IMG/VR virus record: IMGVR_UViG_3300030093_000028
Coordinates: 4,052 to 68,051 of that record
Origin: a virus
DNA: 64,000 nucleotides
Strand: one strand, 5' to 3'
The stretch's first letter is position 1; every line of letters begins with the position of its first letter. Both the position numbers and the translations under genes were made by a program. Positions 28,381 through 37,183 of this stretch are shown here, one piece after another. A model generated the notes under the pieces. The model did no database searches. It was not told where the DNA came from and was given only the letters and a program-made list of their open reading frames with translations.

Positions 28381-28716
28381 ATGTTCGACTATAGTAAATA
28401 CGGATTTTCCAATGGCGATAAGACCGAGCTTAAACGTGTTCTCGAAGACAAGATAGAGTTTGAATCGGTAAGTATAGATACATATATAGCAAGACCATAT
28501 ACATTTATTTTAAGGTCTTCTGAAAAAAATGTCACAGCTTCTCTAGAGGACGATAGAGTGATAATCAGACGGAATGATCGCTTTAAAACTACTATTTCAA
28601 ATTTCTCTTTTGACAGCGTTTGTGATGTGCAGTTTAAATTGACGGAAGATTTTAGGTGTTCTATATTTTTTACCATTGCAAATATCTGCTATAATATCAT
28701 TGCTTATGTTTGTTGA
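28381..28716 (+). CDS. hypothetical protein (111 aa)
   Basis: SD GAGAGGAG then ATG 28381. Confidence 0.45.
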   Translation: MFDYSKYGFSNGDKTELKRVLEDKIEFESVSIDTYIARPYTFILRSSEKNVTASLEDDRVIIRRNDRFKTTISNFSFDSVCDVQFKLTEDFRCSIFFTIANICYNIIAYVC

Positions 28717-28719
28717 TAC

Positions 28720-30340
28720 ATATTTAGTCCGCTGATGCAATGCGGACTGCTACGAAAAAAGTTTTCAAAATTTTCTAAAAAGTTGTTGACATAGATATAG
28801 GCACCATGTAATATAGTTGATGTCAGAAAGAGACGCGGACAAATCGCAGATCAATCTGATGAGCACCTTGAGAAAAGAAGATGGAAAAAGTTCAAAAAAG
28901 TTCTTGCAACTGATAAAGTTAGATGCTATAATATCTGACACAGAGAAACGGAAGTTTCCAGTTGCACCTTGATATTTACATAGAGTATCAGCGTTGAGAA
29001 ATCAACGCGAAGGATTGTTTCAACCATGTGTATTCACGACTCCACGTGGTCATGGGCGTGTTCGAGGAGTCCCACTATGGAGGATACCCCATAGGTAGGC
29101 TTTGCCAGATGTAGGTAACTGGCTTCTGGTAGAAGAGGTGGAAAATCTCAACCGAGCAGACACGGCGCTGTGATGAAACGCAAGAAAATGGTATCGCTAA
29201 CTGGTTGCTATCGCAATAGATATGGAATATATTCCATTGAACCAAGTAGAGGGTAGTGTGGCAGCTATGCCAATCGCTTGGAGTGCCATAAGATAGTTGT
29301 CCAATTGATGCTGGTAATCAGCTATAAGACCAGACGCGAGTACGAGTAGCCCAAAGTTGGATTGTATTAGAAGATTAATATGCTGAATGGTGGGTGAAAG
29401 TTGTTGGTAGCCAATCCAGCCATAGATTGACGTAAAGTCGGGATGGAAAGATATGGGGTCGCTCCCTGTGTCTCAGCTCCATTTCCTATGTTACCGAATT
29501 ACCACTACGTTTTATGAAGGTAAGGCGAAGGCCTGAGACAATCTTTCGCGTTGGTTTGCTTGACCGACAAAGCGAGGTTCGATTCTGTGTTAGTCTTTTG
29601 GTTGATTTCACTAACGCAGATGGTACGGTACGATTCCGTAGACGGAAAATGTTTTGACTCCTTTCTGTTTTGGTTTAACGGTTGTTCCTTGCGTGTGAGT
29701 TATTTGACTTACGTTTTCATTTTCCGTCAACGCTCAGTCCCAAGGTTTACGATGGAGATAGCTACCTGACAAGTCTTGGGCGCATGGTAACGGCGTAATG
29801 TTACCCCTTGTCTTAACGGAGGAAGCGGACTGTTAAGCGTACACCGTTGCGTAAAATCGGTAGCGTTGGAAGGTCTGCCAGCGCGGACGGTATTTAAAAT
29901 AAGTGACCCCTCTGGTAGCTGGTGAGGACTTTAGTAAGCTACCACCGTCTATGGAGTATATATTATCATTGCGTGTTGTTGTATGGTATGAACAGATTTA
30001 TTTCCAGAATCTGTCATCGACAGAATGGGCAGGCCAGAGTCGAGTAGTCGTTCAATTTGCTCTTCTTTTGAGATGTCATCGTACTCGATAAGAGCATATA
30101 GACCATGCTTGAAAAGTATATATTCCATAGACGGTAATGTGACTTGGCGGTGTGGCGAAATCGGTATACGCTATGCTTTAATGGGCAAAACAGGTAGCTC
30201 CTGTATGCAAGTTCAAATCTTGCCACTGCCAATGGAACGTTACCGTCTATTATAATGGCTATGGGGGATTCGCACAACGGTTAGGGCAAGGGCCTTATAA
30301 GCTCTAGAAGAGTGTTCAACTCACTCATCCCCCACCATAA
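28720..30340 (+). ncRNA. ~1.6-kb ORF-free, GC-richer, densely self-complementary region: candidate large structured non-coding RNA adjacent to the tRNA array
   Basis: No ORF above 90 aa on either strand. Many long-range complementary pairs, for example GACGGAAAATG (29644) / CATTTTCCGTC (29720), GGTAGCT...AGCTACC (29913-29946) and CTGTCATCGACAG (30011-30023). Contains the tRNA-like element 30146-30231. Composition differs from the flanking coding DNA. Confidence 0.35.
30146..30231 (+). other. tRNA-like element with long variable arm but non-canonical anticodon arm (pseudo-tRNA or part of the large RNA)
   Basis: Acceptor GGCGGTG/CACTGCC pairs (with one G-U). T-arm GCAAG-TTCAAAT-CTTGC. Extra arm ACAGG-TAGCT-CCTGT. 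The 17-nt anticodon arm does not fold canonically. Confidence 0.3.
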
Positions 30341-30341
30341 T

Positions 30342-30414
30342 GGAGTCGTAGCTCAGTCGGAAGAGCAGGGGACTTTTAATCCCAAGGTCGTGGGTTCGAT
30401 TCTCACCGACTCCA
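30342..30414 (+). tRNA. tRNA-Lys (anticodon TTT), CCA encoded
   Basis: Acceptor GGAGTCG/CGACTCC. D-arm GCTCAGTCGGAAGAGC. Anticodon loop CTTTTAA. T-arm GGTCGTGGGTTCGATTCTCACCGAC. Confidence 0.8.
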
Positions 30415-30418
30415 CCAC

Positions 30419-30492
30419 GGACGCATGGCGCAGCTGGTTAGCGCAGATGCTTTACACGCATAAGGTCGTAGGTTCAAATCCTACTGTGTCCA
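30419..30492 (+). tRNA. tRNA-Val (anticodon TAC), CCA encoded
   Basis: Acceptor GGACGCA/TGTGTCC. D-arm GCGCAGCTGGTTAGCGC. Anticodon loop TTTACAC. T-arm GTAGGTTCAAATCCTAC. Confidence 0.75.
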
Positions 30493-30498
30493 CCAATT

Positions 30499-30580
30499 GC
30501 CGCAGTAATCCTTTAAAGACGAGGGTTGGACTGTAAATCCAATGTCTATGACTGGCTAGGAGCGTTACCTAGATGCGGCA
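30499..30580 (+). tRNA. putative type-II tRNA (anticodon GTA, Tyr-like) with atypical D- and T-arms
   Basis: Acceptor GCCGCAG/ATGCGGC (6/7 paired), disc A, then CCA. Anticodon arm TTGGA-CTGTAAA-TCCAA. Long variable region. The T-like hairpin CTAGG-AGCGTTA-CCTAG lacks the TTCRA motif. Confidence 0.4.
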
Positions 30581-30586
30581 CCAAAT

Positions 30587-30658
30587 GTCGGCTTCGTCTA
30601 ACGGTTAGGACATCACCCTTTCAAGGTGGAAACACGGGTTCGATTCCCGTAGCCGATA
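30587..30658 (+). tRNA. tRNA-Glu (anticodon TTC), CCA encoded
   Basis: Acceptor GTCGGCT/AGCCGAT. Anticodon arm TCACC-CTTTCAA-GGTGG. T-arm ACGGGTTCGATTCCCGT. Confidence 0.75.
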
Positions 30659-30667
30659 CCAAAACTC

Positions 30668-30749
30668 GGGGAAGTGATGGAATGGCAGACATCGGAGACT
30701 TAAAATCTCTTGCTCATAGAGCGTGAGGGTTCGAATCCCTTCTTCCCTA
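30668..30749 (+). tRNA. tRNA-Leu (anticodon TAA), long variable arm, CCA encoded
   Basis: Acceptor GGGGAAG/CTTCCCT. Anticodon arm GGAGA-CTTAAAA-TCTCT. Variable arm TGCTCATAGAGCG. T-arm GAGGGTTCGAATCCCTT. Confidence 0.75.
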
Positions 30750-30803
30750 CCAGATATATCAAGATATGGTATAATATCTTTTATATATAACAATTGATTG
30801 TGT

Positions 30804-30877
30804 GCGCCATTAACTCAGCTGGATAGAGTAACAGACTTCTAATCTGTAGGCCGTAGGTTCGAATCCTACATGGCGCA
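30804..30877 (+). tRNA. tRNA-Arg (anticodon TCT)
   Basis: Acceptor GCGCCAT/ATGGCGC. D-arm ACTCAGCTGGATAGAGT. Anticodon arm ACAGA-CTTCTAA-TCTGT. T-arm GTAGGTTCGAATCCTAC. Flanked by the 10-bp inverted repeat CAATTGATTG / CAATCAATTG. Confidence 0.75.
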
Positions 30878-30896
30878 CACAATCAATTGTACAATT

Positions 30897-30969
30897 GCCG
30901 ATGTGACTCAATTGGAAGAGTAACTGATTTGTAATCAGTCTGTTGCAGGTTCAAGTCCTGTCATCGGCT
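30897..30969 (+). tRNA. tRNA-Thr (anticodon TGT), CCA encoded
   Basis: Acceptor GCCGATG/CATCGGC. D-arm ACTCAATTGGAAGAGT. Anticodon arm ACTGA-TTTGTAA-TCAGT. T-arm GCAGGTTCAAGTCCTGT. Confidence 0.75.
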
Positions 30970-31015
30970 CCATGATTTTTTCTTGTCATAGTTGACATTA
31001 TATAACAATGGGGGC

Positions 31016-31025
31016 GTGGATATAA
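31016..31025 (+). promoter_or_regulatory. extended -10 promoter TGgaTATAAT inside the tRNA region
   Basis: Perfect TATAAT with TG at -15/-14. A TTGACA lies 23 nt upstream. Confidence 0.4.
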
Positions 31026-31066
31026 TCACGATAAAGCCAGATTCTCATGGATGATAATGGCGAAAC

Positions 31067-31176
31067 TGTCTCTGGTTCGAATCCAGACGTGTCTCAGTAT
31101 AGACGGAAAATAAGTAGCCATGTACTTATGATTATGTTATTTTACAAAAGACATGTGGTGTAGTTGGTAACGCACC
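31067..31176 (+). other. tRNA-like fragments: a 3'-half-like T-arm (TCTGG-TTCGAAT-CCAGA-CGTGTCT) and a downstream 5'-half-like acceptor/D-arm (AGACATG-TG-GTGT-AGTTGGTAAC-GCAC)
   Basis: The canonical GGTTCGAATCC T-loop is at 31070-31085. The 5'-half-like segment is at 31148-31176. The two 7-nt acceptor strands are mutually complementary (one G-U) but in permuted order. Confidence 0.3.
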
Positions 31177-31184
31177 CCACCTTC

Positions 31185-31273
31185 GGGGCAGACAACTAAC
31201 GGGGAGTTAGGTCTGACTGCTAATCAGAACGTACTTGTTCATCAAGTATTGGCTTCGAATGCCAGTTGCCCCG
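31185..31273 (+). tRNA. tRNA-Ser (anticodon GCT), long variable arm, CCA encoded
   Basis: Acceptor GGGGCAG/TTGCCCC (one G-U). D-stem AACT/AGTT. Anticodon arm TCTGA-CTGCTAA-TCAGA. Variable arm CGTACTTGTTCATCAAGTAT. T-arm TTGGCTTCGAATGCCAG. Confidence 0.7.
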
Positions 31274-31281
31274 CCATATAA

Positions 31282-31308
31282 TACCTGCCCCTATTGGCAG
31301 TGGTTTTT
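31282..31308 (+). terminator. intrinsic terminator CTGCC-CCTATT-GGCAG followed by TGGTTTTT, after the tRNA array
   Basis: A second hairpin plus T-run lies at 31455-31490 (GGATGTG-N9-CGCATCC-TGTTTTTTG). Confidence 0.5.
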
Positions 31309-31514
31309 AAGATTTTCCCGAAAAAAATCTTTTGCGGTAGAATAGGCAACGCCGCACGCTATTCGAGAGGATAGCAAGCCTTCTTGCTAGGAGATAAGCA
31401 AGTGCTTTCACGGAGTAATTGGTGAGCTGAAACACCGTAAAAACAGATCCTCTGGATGTGCCGTGAATACGCATCCTGTTTTTTGTTTGAATGTTGTACG
31501 TAGAAAGGGTTGGT

Positions 31515-32513
31515 ATGATAACGTTTGTTGTCGGAATTATTGCATTGCTTATTGCAATTCCATTCATTGTCTTTGATATTCGCACAAAGATTCCCGAACC
31601 TGTCGAGGACACCAATATTCTTGGGAAGTCATATATTAAAAACGAGACGGATATTAAGACTGTAAAATTTGCGCACACTTGCGCTCGTGGCGTTGCAGTA
31701 GTATGTATTGTCTTTGCCTTTGCATTTATCGGTGGTTCTTGCATCTATACACAGGACACTGGTGAGGTTTGCGTAATTCGTAATCTCGGTGGTTCTCTTG
31801 CCGATTCAACTTCTGAAGCTGGTTTCCATATCAAGATGCCTTGGCAAGATGTTATTACGTATGATGTACGCAACAATCTTATCAATTTCTATGGCGATAC
31901 CGATTACAAGGTTGATGGTGGCTCATATGAGGGTAAGCAGGTATCAATCAATGATAAGTCTGGTGCCAGTGCCAACGTGGATATTCAGGTCAACTATAGC
32001 TTGAATCCAGATTCAGCGCTTAGCCTTTATTCTGAGTATGGCACGCAGGAAAGCTTTGTTGAGAAGTATATTTCCAATGATGTTCGCGCTGTTACCCGTG
32101 AGGTTTCTGGTAAGTTTGATACTGTTACCATGCTGACTGATCGCTCGCAGTTTACCAAGGCTGTTCAGGATGCGCTGACTAAGAAGTGGAATAAGATTGG
32201 CCTTACTGTTGAGCAGGTAAGCGTACAGGATGTACGCTATCCTGAGTCTATTACCGATAGCTATTCACAGGCTCAGGCAGCTGAGGTGGCAAAGCAGAAG
32301 GCGCAGAATGAGCAGGAGACTGCCAAGGTTCAGGCTGAGACTAAGAAGATTGAAGCTCAGGGTGAAGCAGATGCAAACGCCGTTCTTGCACAGAGCCTTA
32401 ATGAGCAGGTGTTGCAGCAGCATTATATCGAAGCGCTAAAGGATATTGGCAAGGAAGGCAATCTTGTCGTGGTTCCCAATGGCTCAACTCCAATGATTAA
32501 CACTGGCAAGTAA
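31515..32513 (+). CDS. SPFH/band-7 (HflC/flotillin-like) membrane protein with C-terminal coiled coil
   Basis: N-terminal TM segment MITFVVGIIALLIAIPFIVF. SPFH core GEVCVIRNLGG...HIKMPWQDV. C-terminal heptad-rich AQAAEVAKQKAQNEQETAKVQAETKKIEAQGEADANAVLAQ. Followed by terminator GAGAGGGTGTGTCC-N5-GGATACACCCTCTT-T7 (32631-32675). Confidence 0.75.
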   Translation: MITFVVGIIALLIAIPFIVFDIRTKIPEPVEDTNILGKSYIKNETDIKTVKFAHTCARGVAVVCIVFAFAFIGGSCIYTQDTGEVCVIRNLGGSLADSTSEAGFHIKMPWQDVITYDVRNNLINFYGDTDYKVDGGSYEGKQVSINDKSGASANVDIQVNYSLNPDSALSLYSEYGTQESFVEKYISNDVRAVTREVSGKFDTVTMLTDRSQFTKAVQDALTKKWNKIGLTVEQVSVQDVRYPESITDSYSQAQAAEVAKQKAQNEQETAKVQAETKKIEAQGEADANAVLAQSLNEQVLQQHYIEALKDIGKEGNLVVVPNGSTPMINTGK

Positions 32514-32719
32514 TGTACATGCCTTGGAAACTTTAGGGTTGACCATGAAAGACGGATAGTTTCGGCTATGTGAGAGTAAACGACATGTCGTTGAAATCTT
32601 AACGCGAAAGCAATTGTGTTTAATATATGTAGAGAGGGTGTGTCCTTTTGGATACACCCTCTTTTTTTATGTCGAGATGATATAATATATACGTAAAGCA
32701 AATGTATTGGAGAATATAT

Positions 32720-33094
32720 ATGCCTACGTTCATATGCACGGTATGTCAAAACAGAATTAAAGAACACGGAAGTTCTGTTCTTTGTGGCTATGATAACACG
32801 TCTCATGATATGATTGAGGACACAACTAAATTGTATGATAAGTCATTTCTTTGTCCAAACTTTATACATGTGCGCGGAAAGAATATCAACACCTGTAAAT
32901 CAAAGAAGGTATACTCGTGTAGATACGATGCTTTGTGTGCAGCAAGGAAGATATTTAATAGTTCTGGAAACATATTGATGCCATATAAGTGTAAGATATG
33001 TAAGCGATGGCATTTAACACACAATTATTCTGACGGATATAATCCGCAGGATGAATATGCAAAAGCAAGAAATGAACATAGGCTATATGATTAA
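32720..33094 (+). CDS. Cys-rich zinc-binding hypothetical protein (124 aa)
   Basis: CTVC...C...CKSKK...CKICKRWH. RBS GGAGAA. Confidence 0.45.
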   Translation: MPTFICTVCQNRIKEHGSSVLCGYDNTSHDMIEDTTKLYDKSFLCPNFIHVRGKNINTCKSKKVYSCRYDALCAARKIFNSSGNILMPYKCKICKRWHLTHNYSDGYNPQDEYAKARNEHRLYD

Positions 33095-33123
33095 GGGTTA
33101 AAGTGAAGTTCTCGAAGTTCGAT

Positions 33124-33543
33124 ATGCGAATGTTCAATGAAGCGCATAAAGAAGCAATGAAAAGCACGTATAAAAGACGCTCGCAACATGTCGGTGCAGT
33201 CATAACATATAAGGGGCATATCATAGGTAGAGGATGTAACAGTAATAAAACCCATCCTTTGCAAAAGGAGTTCAACAGATATAGGGATTACAACAATGCA
33301 GATGTATATTCCCCAGATAAATTACACGCGGAGATTTCTGCAATATGTTCAATCTCGTATACTGTCGGAATAAATGTGAGATGGGATAAGGCTAGTATCT
33401 ATATCTATAGACCGATGAACGACACTAAAATGGCGTGTGCAAAGCCATGTCCTGCTTGTATGAACGCGATAAAAAGCCTTGGTATTAGGCATATATATTA
33501 TACTGATAGTAATGGTTATGCCTATCTCCAACTTGATGTGTAA
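33124..33543 (+). CDS. CDA-fold zinc deaminase (dCMP deaminase or tRNA-adenosine deaminase-like)
   Basis: HAEISAI (H-A-E) and PCPACMNAI (PCxxC) zinc-binding motifs. VGAVITYKGHIIGRGCN resembles TadA/ComEB. Confidence 0.65.
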   Translation: MRMFNEAHKEAMKSTYKRRSQHVGAVITYKGHIIGRGCNSNKTHPLQKEFNRYRDYNNADVYSPDKLHAEISAICSISYTVGINVRWDKASIYIYRPMNDTKMACAKPCPACMNAIKSLGIRHIYYTDSNGYAYLQLDV

Positions 33544-33669
33544 TTATTTTGTGAAGAGAGTTCCATTTGTGTTACTTTTCTGATATAATATCATAAGAAT
33601 AAAACAGAATTTTCTGATGGAAGATTCTTTGTGATGTAAATAGATTAAAAGAAAGTTGGAATATGATAT

Positions 33670-34044
33670 ATGGAAATGCCATTTAAGGAACAGACAGTAG
33701 AGAGCGATGATCGCTACTATGGTTTTTATGGTTGTCTTGATATTGAGATATCAGATGCGGATTATGAGTGCGATCATGTTGGTGATTGTTCGTTGGAAGA
33801 TTTCGATGACAATTTGCCAGACGCTTTAATTGATTATGATTTTGATGAACGAGTTCTCGGTAACATGATGGTGAGTAAGTTTGTCAGAAGTTTAAGCGAC
33901 AATGAAAAATATATCCTATCATGTCTATTAAATGGGATGACACATCAAGAGATTAGTGATACAATGGATTGTACAAGACAGAATGTCACTAGGACTGTGG
34001 AAAGACTCGGCACGAAAGCTATTGATTTTCTGTCTTATAATTAA
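33670..34044 (+). CDS. sigma-70 region-4-like HTH protein (small sigma/anti-sigma-type regulator)
   Basis: LSCLLNGMTHQEISDTMDCTRQNVTRTVERLGTKAIDFL resembles a sigma region 4.2 / LuxR-type HTH. Acidic N-terminus. Confidence 0.45.
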   Translation: MEMPFKEQTVESDDRYYGFYGCLDIEISDADYECDHVGDCSLEDFDDNLPDALIDYDFDERVLGNMMVSKFVRSLSDNEKYILSCLLNGMTHQEISDTMDCTRQNVTRTVERLGTKAIDFLSYN

Positions 34045-34074
34045 GGTTATATGCCAATAGAAAGGTGATTTATT

Positions 34075-34638
34075 ATGGCACGTACAAAGAATACTGTAAC
34101 TCAGGCCGTTGTAGATGAACTTATGGAGAGTTGTGATATCGCTGTCACTACCGCATTTGACAAGTGTACTATTGTAGCATGTAAGCTGCCCAATGGATTT
34201 GTAATTGTTGAGTCTTCTTCTTGTGTTGACCCTGCCAACTATGACGAGGATATGGGTGTCGATATTTGTATGAAGAATATCGAGAAGAAGCTTTGGGAGC
34301 TTGAGGGTTATCTGCTACAGAATAAGCTGTATCATGATGGTGTTTCATTTGATGATGATAAGGCTGATAACACAGATGACCTAGAGTGTGATGGCGATTG
34401 CGAGAATTGCGACCTGTTTGACGGCGATGATGATGACGCTGAGGAAGAGAAGGGCGATAAGCCAAAGCACACGGATAAGAAGTATGAGGATGACGAGTAT
34501 TGGGATAAGCTCATTCAGACTTACAATGATTATCTAGATTATATTGATGATTATCTCGATGACTTGGCACACTACAAGCGCCATCATCGTGGTCACAGCC
34601 CTTATCGCAATGACTATCTCAATAATGTTTGGTGCTAA
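34075..34638 (+). CDS. hypothetical protein with extremely acidic Cys/Asp-rich C-terminal half
   Basis: RBS GAAAGGTG. C-terminal ...DDDKADNTDDLECDGDCENCDLFDGDDDDAEEE... Possible DNA mimic or metal-binding. Confidence 0.5.
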   Translation: MARTKNTVTQAVVDELMESCDIAVTTAFDKCTIVACKLPNGFVIVESSSCVDPANYDEDMGVDICMKNIEKKLWELEGYLLQNKLYHDGVSFDDDKADNTDDLECDGDCENCDLFDGDDDDAEEEKGDKPKHTDKKYEDDEYWDKLIQTYNDYLDYIDDYLDDLAHYKRHHRGHSPYRNDYLNNVWC

Positions 34639-34740
34639 ACAATAGAATACATATAGATTATATGGAGAATGGCTTTGATAATATGTATTCTGATAGAATA
34701 CTAGTCGGAGCTATTCTCCATATTGCTAAGGAGTTAATGT

Positions 34741-35916
34741 ATGCAATTATATCTTGATTCAGCAGCAACAGCTAAGCCGAATAAGGAAGTTCTTGAAGCT
34801 GTCATGCCGTATTTAACTGACAACTTCTATAATCCGTCTTCAATCTATAGCAATGGCGTTAAAGTTAGACGTGCAATTGATAATGCTCGTGAGTCTATTG
34901 CTGGTTTTATCAACGCTGATACAGATGAAATCTTCTTTACATCAGGGTCAAGTGAATCAAATTGCTGGGCTATTCAGGGCTATTTGCTTGCTGGCGTTAT
35001 GGATATTTCTACTACTTCAATTGTCACGACCAAGATTGAACATAAGTCAATCATGGAATGTGTTGATGCTATGGAACGTTTTGGTAATGCAACTTATTAT
35101 TGTGACGTAACATATCTTGATGTTGACAAAGATGGCTTTGTTAATATGGAGCAGCTTGAGTCTGTATTTAAAGACCGCGAAGAGCCTGATTATTATGATA
35201 TCTTTGTGTCAATTCAGTTGGCAAATAATGAGGTTGGCACTATTCAAAACATTAAAGCTATCTCGGATGTTATCCATAAGTATGGTGGCGTGCTTCATGT
35301 GGATGCAACGCAAGCCTTTGGACAGATTCCCATTGATGTTAAGGCTATGGGAATTGATATGTTAAGTGCATCGGCGCATAAATTGGAAGGAGGGTTTAAA
35401 GGAGTTGGGTTATTATACAAGAAAAAAGACATTGAGATTCAGCCCATTATCTACGGTAGCCAGAACGCTGGATTACGCGGCGGCACTGAAAATGTTGCTG
35501 GTATTGTCGGCTTTGCGAAAGCCGTTGAACTCGCATCTGAGGAAATGGAAGACAAGCTGGCGTTATCTGTAAAGCGTGATTATTTTATTAACGAGCTTAC
35601 GAGAAATGGCTGCAAGCTAAATGGCGCTTCTGTTCATAGACTGCCAAATAACATTAATGTAATGTTGCCTGAAGGTATTGGCTCGGAAGAACTTCTATAT
35701 ATGCTTGACCTAGATGATATTCAGTGCAGTGCTGGTTCTGCCTGCAATAGTCATTCTAAGAAGCCATCATATGTACTCAAGGCTCTTGGATTGACGGATG
35801 AAGAAGCGGCAATGTCTGTTCGATTTACGATTTCTTCTGATATTACATATGAAGCCATTGATTATGTTGTTGAAAAAGTAGTAAAGATTATGAAGATTAT
35901 AAGGAATAGCAACTAA
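34741..35916 (+). CDS. IscS/NifS-like cysteine desulfurase (class V PLP aminotransferase fold)
   Basis: PLP-Lys motif SASAHKLEGGFKGVG. Active-site Cys loop CSAGSACNSHS (compare the IscS loop SSGSACTS). RGGTENVAGIVGFAKA. SD AAGGAG. Confidence 0.8.
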   Translation: MQLYLDSAATAKPNKEVLEAVMPYLTDNFYNPSSIYSNGVKVRRAIDNARESIAGFINADTDEIFFTSGSSESNCWAIQGYLLAGVMDISTTSIVTTKIEHKSIMECVDAMERFGNATYYCDVTYLDVDKDGFVNMEQLESVFKDREEPDYYDIFVSIQLANNEVGTIQNIKAISDVIHKYGGVLHVDATQAFGQIPIDVKAMGIDMLSASAHKLEGGFKGVGLLYKKKDIEIQPIIYGSQNAGLRGGTENVAGIVGFAKAVELASEEMEDKLALSVKRDYFINELTRNGCKLNGASVHRLPNNINVMLPEGIGSEELLYMLDLDDIQCSAGSACNSHSKKPSYVLKALGLTDEEAAMSVRFTISSDITYEAIDYVVEKVVKIMKIIRNSN

Positions 35917-35998
35917 ATCCGTTGCTTTGACGTGTTTGAAACTAAAACAGTTGCTATAATATAACGGTAACAGGTTGAGCATAGTAGAAAGGTTCGAT

Positions 35999-37183
35999 AT
36001 GCTAGACAAAAACGGCGAGCGTATGCTTGCATATACTGTAACAGTTGATAGTATCACGCCAATTGAAAAGGCTGATAACATTGAGCTTGCTCATGTTGGA
36101 GGTTGGAACGTAATTATTCGCAAGCATGAGTTTAATGCTGGCGACATGGCTGTCTTCTTTGAGATTGATTCTTTGCTACCAGAGACAGAGTGGTCTGAGT
36201 TTTTGCGCCCAAAGAAGTTTAAGGTAAAGACCTATAAGCTCGGAAAGTTTAATGTAGTTTCGCAGGGTTTGCTTCTTCCGATGAGCATTCTTCCAGATAA
36301 TAAGGAGTATGCTATCCACGAGGACGTGACAAATCTGCTTGGTATTAAGTATTATGTAGCCGAGGATAATGCTCGTAAGGCTAATTCTAATCCCAATGCC
36401 AAGTACAATAATATGTGCGCACGTAATACCAAGCTCGCAAAGAAGAAGTGGTGGAAGTGGCTGATGAAGCGTGCATGGGGTCGCAAGTTGCTGTTCGTTT
36501 TCTTTGGTCGCAAGAAGGATAATCCTAAGAACTGGCCTGTGTGGATTAAGAAGACGGATGAAGACCGCATTGAGAATGTCATGTTCATGCTTGAGGATAA
36601 GAATCCTTATGTCGTGACCGAGAAGATTGATGGCACTTCGACTACATTCTTCCTTGATTTGACTGGTCGTAAGCCTGATTTCGGTGTGTGTTCACGTAAT
36701 GTTCGCCAGATGGATGCAGATCAGAAGAACTTTGTTTCTGATATGTCTGGCATCGGAAACGTTTACTGGGAAATGGCATTCAAATACAATGTCGAGGATG
36801 CTCTTAAGGACATTGCAAAGAAGCGCAACCATAAGCATGTTGTACTACAGGGTGAGACGTATGGTGAGTCCGTACAGGGCAACAAGTACAAGCTTGATGA
36901 GCGCCGATTTGCCGCCTTCAATTTAATCTTTGACGGAGAGCGCCTTGGTTCTGTCGAAGCAAAGAAGATTCTAGCCGAGTACGATATTCCATTCGTGCCT
37001 ATTATTGATGATAACTATATCTTGCCCGATGCTGATGACTTTGAGGAGTTCAAGCAGTCTGCTGATGGCAAGAGTGTAATCAATAAGAAGTGTCTACGCG
37101 AGGGCTTTGTGTATCGTAGTCAGGATGGACAGCGCAGTTTCAAGAACGTTTCCCGCAAATTCTTGCTTAAAGCTGGTGAATAA
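35999..37183 (+). CDS. ATP-dependent RNA ligase (nucleotidyltransferase motif I KxDG) with N-terminal OB-like domain
   Basis: Motif I VTEKIDGTS. Motif IV-like EGFVYR. Motif V-like FKNVSRKFLLK. RBS GAAAGG then ATG 35999. Confidence 0.6.
   Translation: MLDKNGERMLAYTVTVDSITPIEKADNIELAHVGGWNVIIRKHEFNAGDMAVFFEIDSLLPETEWSEFLRPKKFKVKTYKLGKFNVVSQGLLLPMSILPDNKEYAIHEDVTNLLGIKYYVAEDNARKANSNPNAKYNNMCARNTKLAKKKWWKWLMKRAWGRKLLFVFFGRKKDNPKNWPVWIKKTDEDRIENVMFMLEDKNPYVVTEKIDGTSTTFFLDLTGRKPDFGVCSRNVRQMDADQKNFVSDMSGIGNVYWEMAFKYNVEDALKDIAKKRNHKHVVLQGETYGESVQGNKYKLDERRFAAFNLIFDGERLGSVEAKKILAEYDIPFVPIIDDNYILPDADDFEEFKQSADGKSVINKKCLREGFVYRSQDGQRSFKNVSRKFLLKAGE

Noticed and set aside
28720-30340. Interpretation of the ORF-free region as a self-splicing intron within a gene
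   Set aside because: No flanking exon halves of any protein gene. The upstream gene ends with a normal stop, and the downstream features are tRNAs. An intron inside a tRNA cannot be excluded but no split tRNA was found.
30312-30793. ORFs 30312-30536 (+), 30526-30726 (+) and 30605-30793 (-)
   Set aside because: They lie entirely over tRNA genes. tRNA secondary structure explains the sequence.
31307-31744. ORF 31307-31744 (-) antisense to the terminator region and the SPFH gene start
   Set aside because: Antisense to a well-supported gene and to the terminators. No RBS.
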